In this document: positions 62,364 through 64,000 of the stretch, piece by piece
How positions within the stretch are numbered: the stretch's first letter is position 1
Layout: every line of letters begins with the position of its first letter
Notes under the pieces: generated by a model
What the model was told of the DNA's origin: nothing
Database searches by the model: none
What the model saw: the letters and a program-made list of their open reading frames with translations, nothing else
Source of the DNA: Octopus vulgaris
Lineage: Eukaryota
DNA length: 64,000 nt
Assembly: GCA_951406725.2 (NCBI GenBank)
Contig: OX597822.1
Span: forward strand, 62,062,001 to 62,126,000
Reading direction: 5' to 3'
Made by a program: the position numbers and the translations under genes

Positions 62364-62784
62364 TTAAAGTACTTTCACTTTTGTTTCTACAACATTCTGA
62401 CTGCTGCAAAATATGTTGTTGTTGGGTGAAGCCACCTCTCCTGTGTGGCATGGATACTGGAAAACAAAAGGAACTTAGATATTGATTTAGATGATCTACA
62501 AATTTTCAACCATATGCTAAGATATATATATATATATGTGCATGCATGCAAAAAACAAGTATTATTATATAAGTGAGAAAATTGTGTGAGGGCAAAAACA
62601 AATGATTTTTGAAAAAAAAAACAGAAAAAAGGAAAAATTTCTATTTAATTACTATAAAAATGTTAAAAGAAATTAATAATTTTTAAAAAATCACAAAAAT
62701 AATGAAAATACAAAAAAAGCCCAAAAAACAATGACTTCACCTCAATTTTTTATAGTATTTATTCATATTAGAGATTTTTTGATG

Positions 62785-62824
<40 letters not shown>

Positions 62825-63177
62825 CACTAAAATTTCAACACAGTGTTGTTTTCAATACTTGCATATATGAATTCATATACATAATGTTTACTAAAACCTG
62901 TTTAGTCTCACTGTGAGCCAATCACAGAAGTTTTTCTAGGAGATTTGAAAGTCCCTTTAGCATTAATATAATCTGAGGTCAGCTGAACTATGTATGTTTC
63001 TGTCTTCCCAAACATTTCTTATTTGTTTGCCACTGCTTTCATTCACTTCCCTACTGCATTACATTGCCCCAACCCTTACTCCACCACGGCTCAGGGATTC
63101 CATGATAGCTGGTCTACGACCCTGCTGTTCAAACAGCCAGCCGTCCAAATCAACCCTGGCAGTTGAACTAGGTATAT
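62364..63177 (-). CDS. Possible last two coding exons of an unidentified convergent gene
   Basis: Exon 63177-63080 (ccag|...|gtaagg; IPSSTARVDLDGWLFEQQGRRPAIMESLSRGG) joins in phase to 62456-62364 (ttttgttttccag|YPCHTGEVASPNNNIFCSSQNVVETKVKVL*). No homology recognised. Confidence 0.3.
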
Positions 63178-63446
63178 CTGGACAATTGGACAGGATTACC
63201 ATTTTGTGGTGCCATTTTTAGCACATCATTCTTTCATCATTTGATATATATATATATATATATATATATCAAAAGATATTCCCAGCAAAGATAGTATTAA
63301 AAAGGTAAAAATAGAAAAATTGTCAATACAAAAAAATATAAATTTTATATATTATTTTAATGCTAAAGGAATCTTTGGATCACTCCTTCACATCCAGACT
63401 AAATGTATGTTTATTAGTCACATTGTATATAATTTTATATATGCAG

Positions 63447-63509
<63 letters not shown>

Positions 63510-64000
63510 CTTTCTTTCTTACTTTATTAATTTATTAGAAATGTTGTGCAGCAGAAATGTGGTGTAGTTAAAATTCCTTGCAAGCCAAGGTTGTTTTCCA
63601 TTTGTTACTTTCATTCTTCAGTTAAATTCCCATTTCATTTCATAATTAATATTACTAATTGCTGCTGTGAATGCAAAAGTTTTCATTTCAATTGCCACTG
63701 ATGTCATCTCTGGCTCAACCACCAAGATCCACTGGTTAGAGCCTTTGTGTGGCATTCAATATGTTGAAAATAGCAACCAATTTTATGTTGTCTGGGAAAA
63801 AAAAAAAGACAAAAACAAAATGTCTGAAAGGCTGGATGGTTATGACTGGAAAGCTTAGGTCTGACAAGGCCAGCATAGTTCTTAGCAACAACAATAAATA
63901 CCAGACGAGATATTGCCTGGTATTTTGTGGTCTTCTGACAATAATAATAATTATAATGATAAAAATAATTATTAATTGTTATGACATCAGCATGTCAGCC

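Overview
Eukaryotic, AT-rich, repeat-dense animal genomic DNA. The SINE families and microsatellite load suggest a coleoid cephalopod (Octopus-like); this is inferred, not proven. Protein genes: an intronless AIMP1/p43 (EMAP II) ORF at 39226-40101 (-) with a disrupted tandem paralog at 34258-35538 (-); a six-exon gene at 48186-60192 (+) encoding a 261-aa TFPT (INO80F)-like coiled coil plus HMG box (Nhp10-like architecture); and possible terminal exons of a convergent gene near the right edge. The strongest non-obvious signal is a tandem array of four intact and one decayed box C/D snoRNAs at 20.6-22.9 kb (-). They carry the 28S guide UUCUUUCCCCG of the SNORD12/snR190 family and appear to sit in a non-coding host gene. 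Also present: a 2.9-kb compound satellite of four palindrome-rich units, a 1.7-kb ORF1-only (HAL1-like) retroelement with a 16-bp TSD, a solo LTR, Penelope remnants with minimal hammerhead ribozymes (one a U3:A8 core variant), R4/Dong LINE pieces, Helitrons, mariner/Tigger/piggyBac-like elements and many nested SINEs, one with a ~150-bp flanking duplication. Coordinates were counted by eye and may be off by a few bases.
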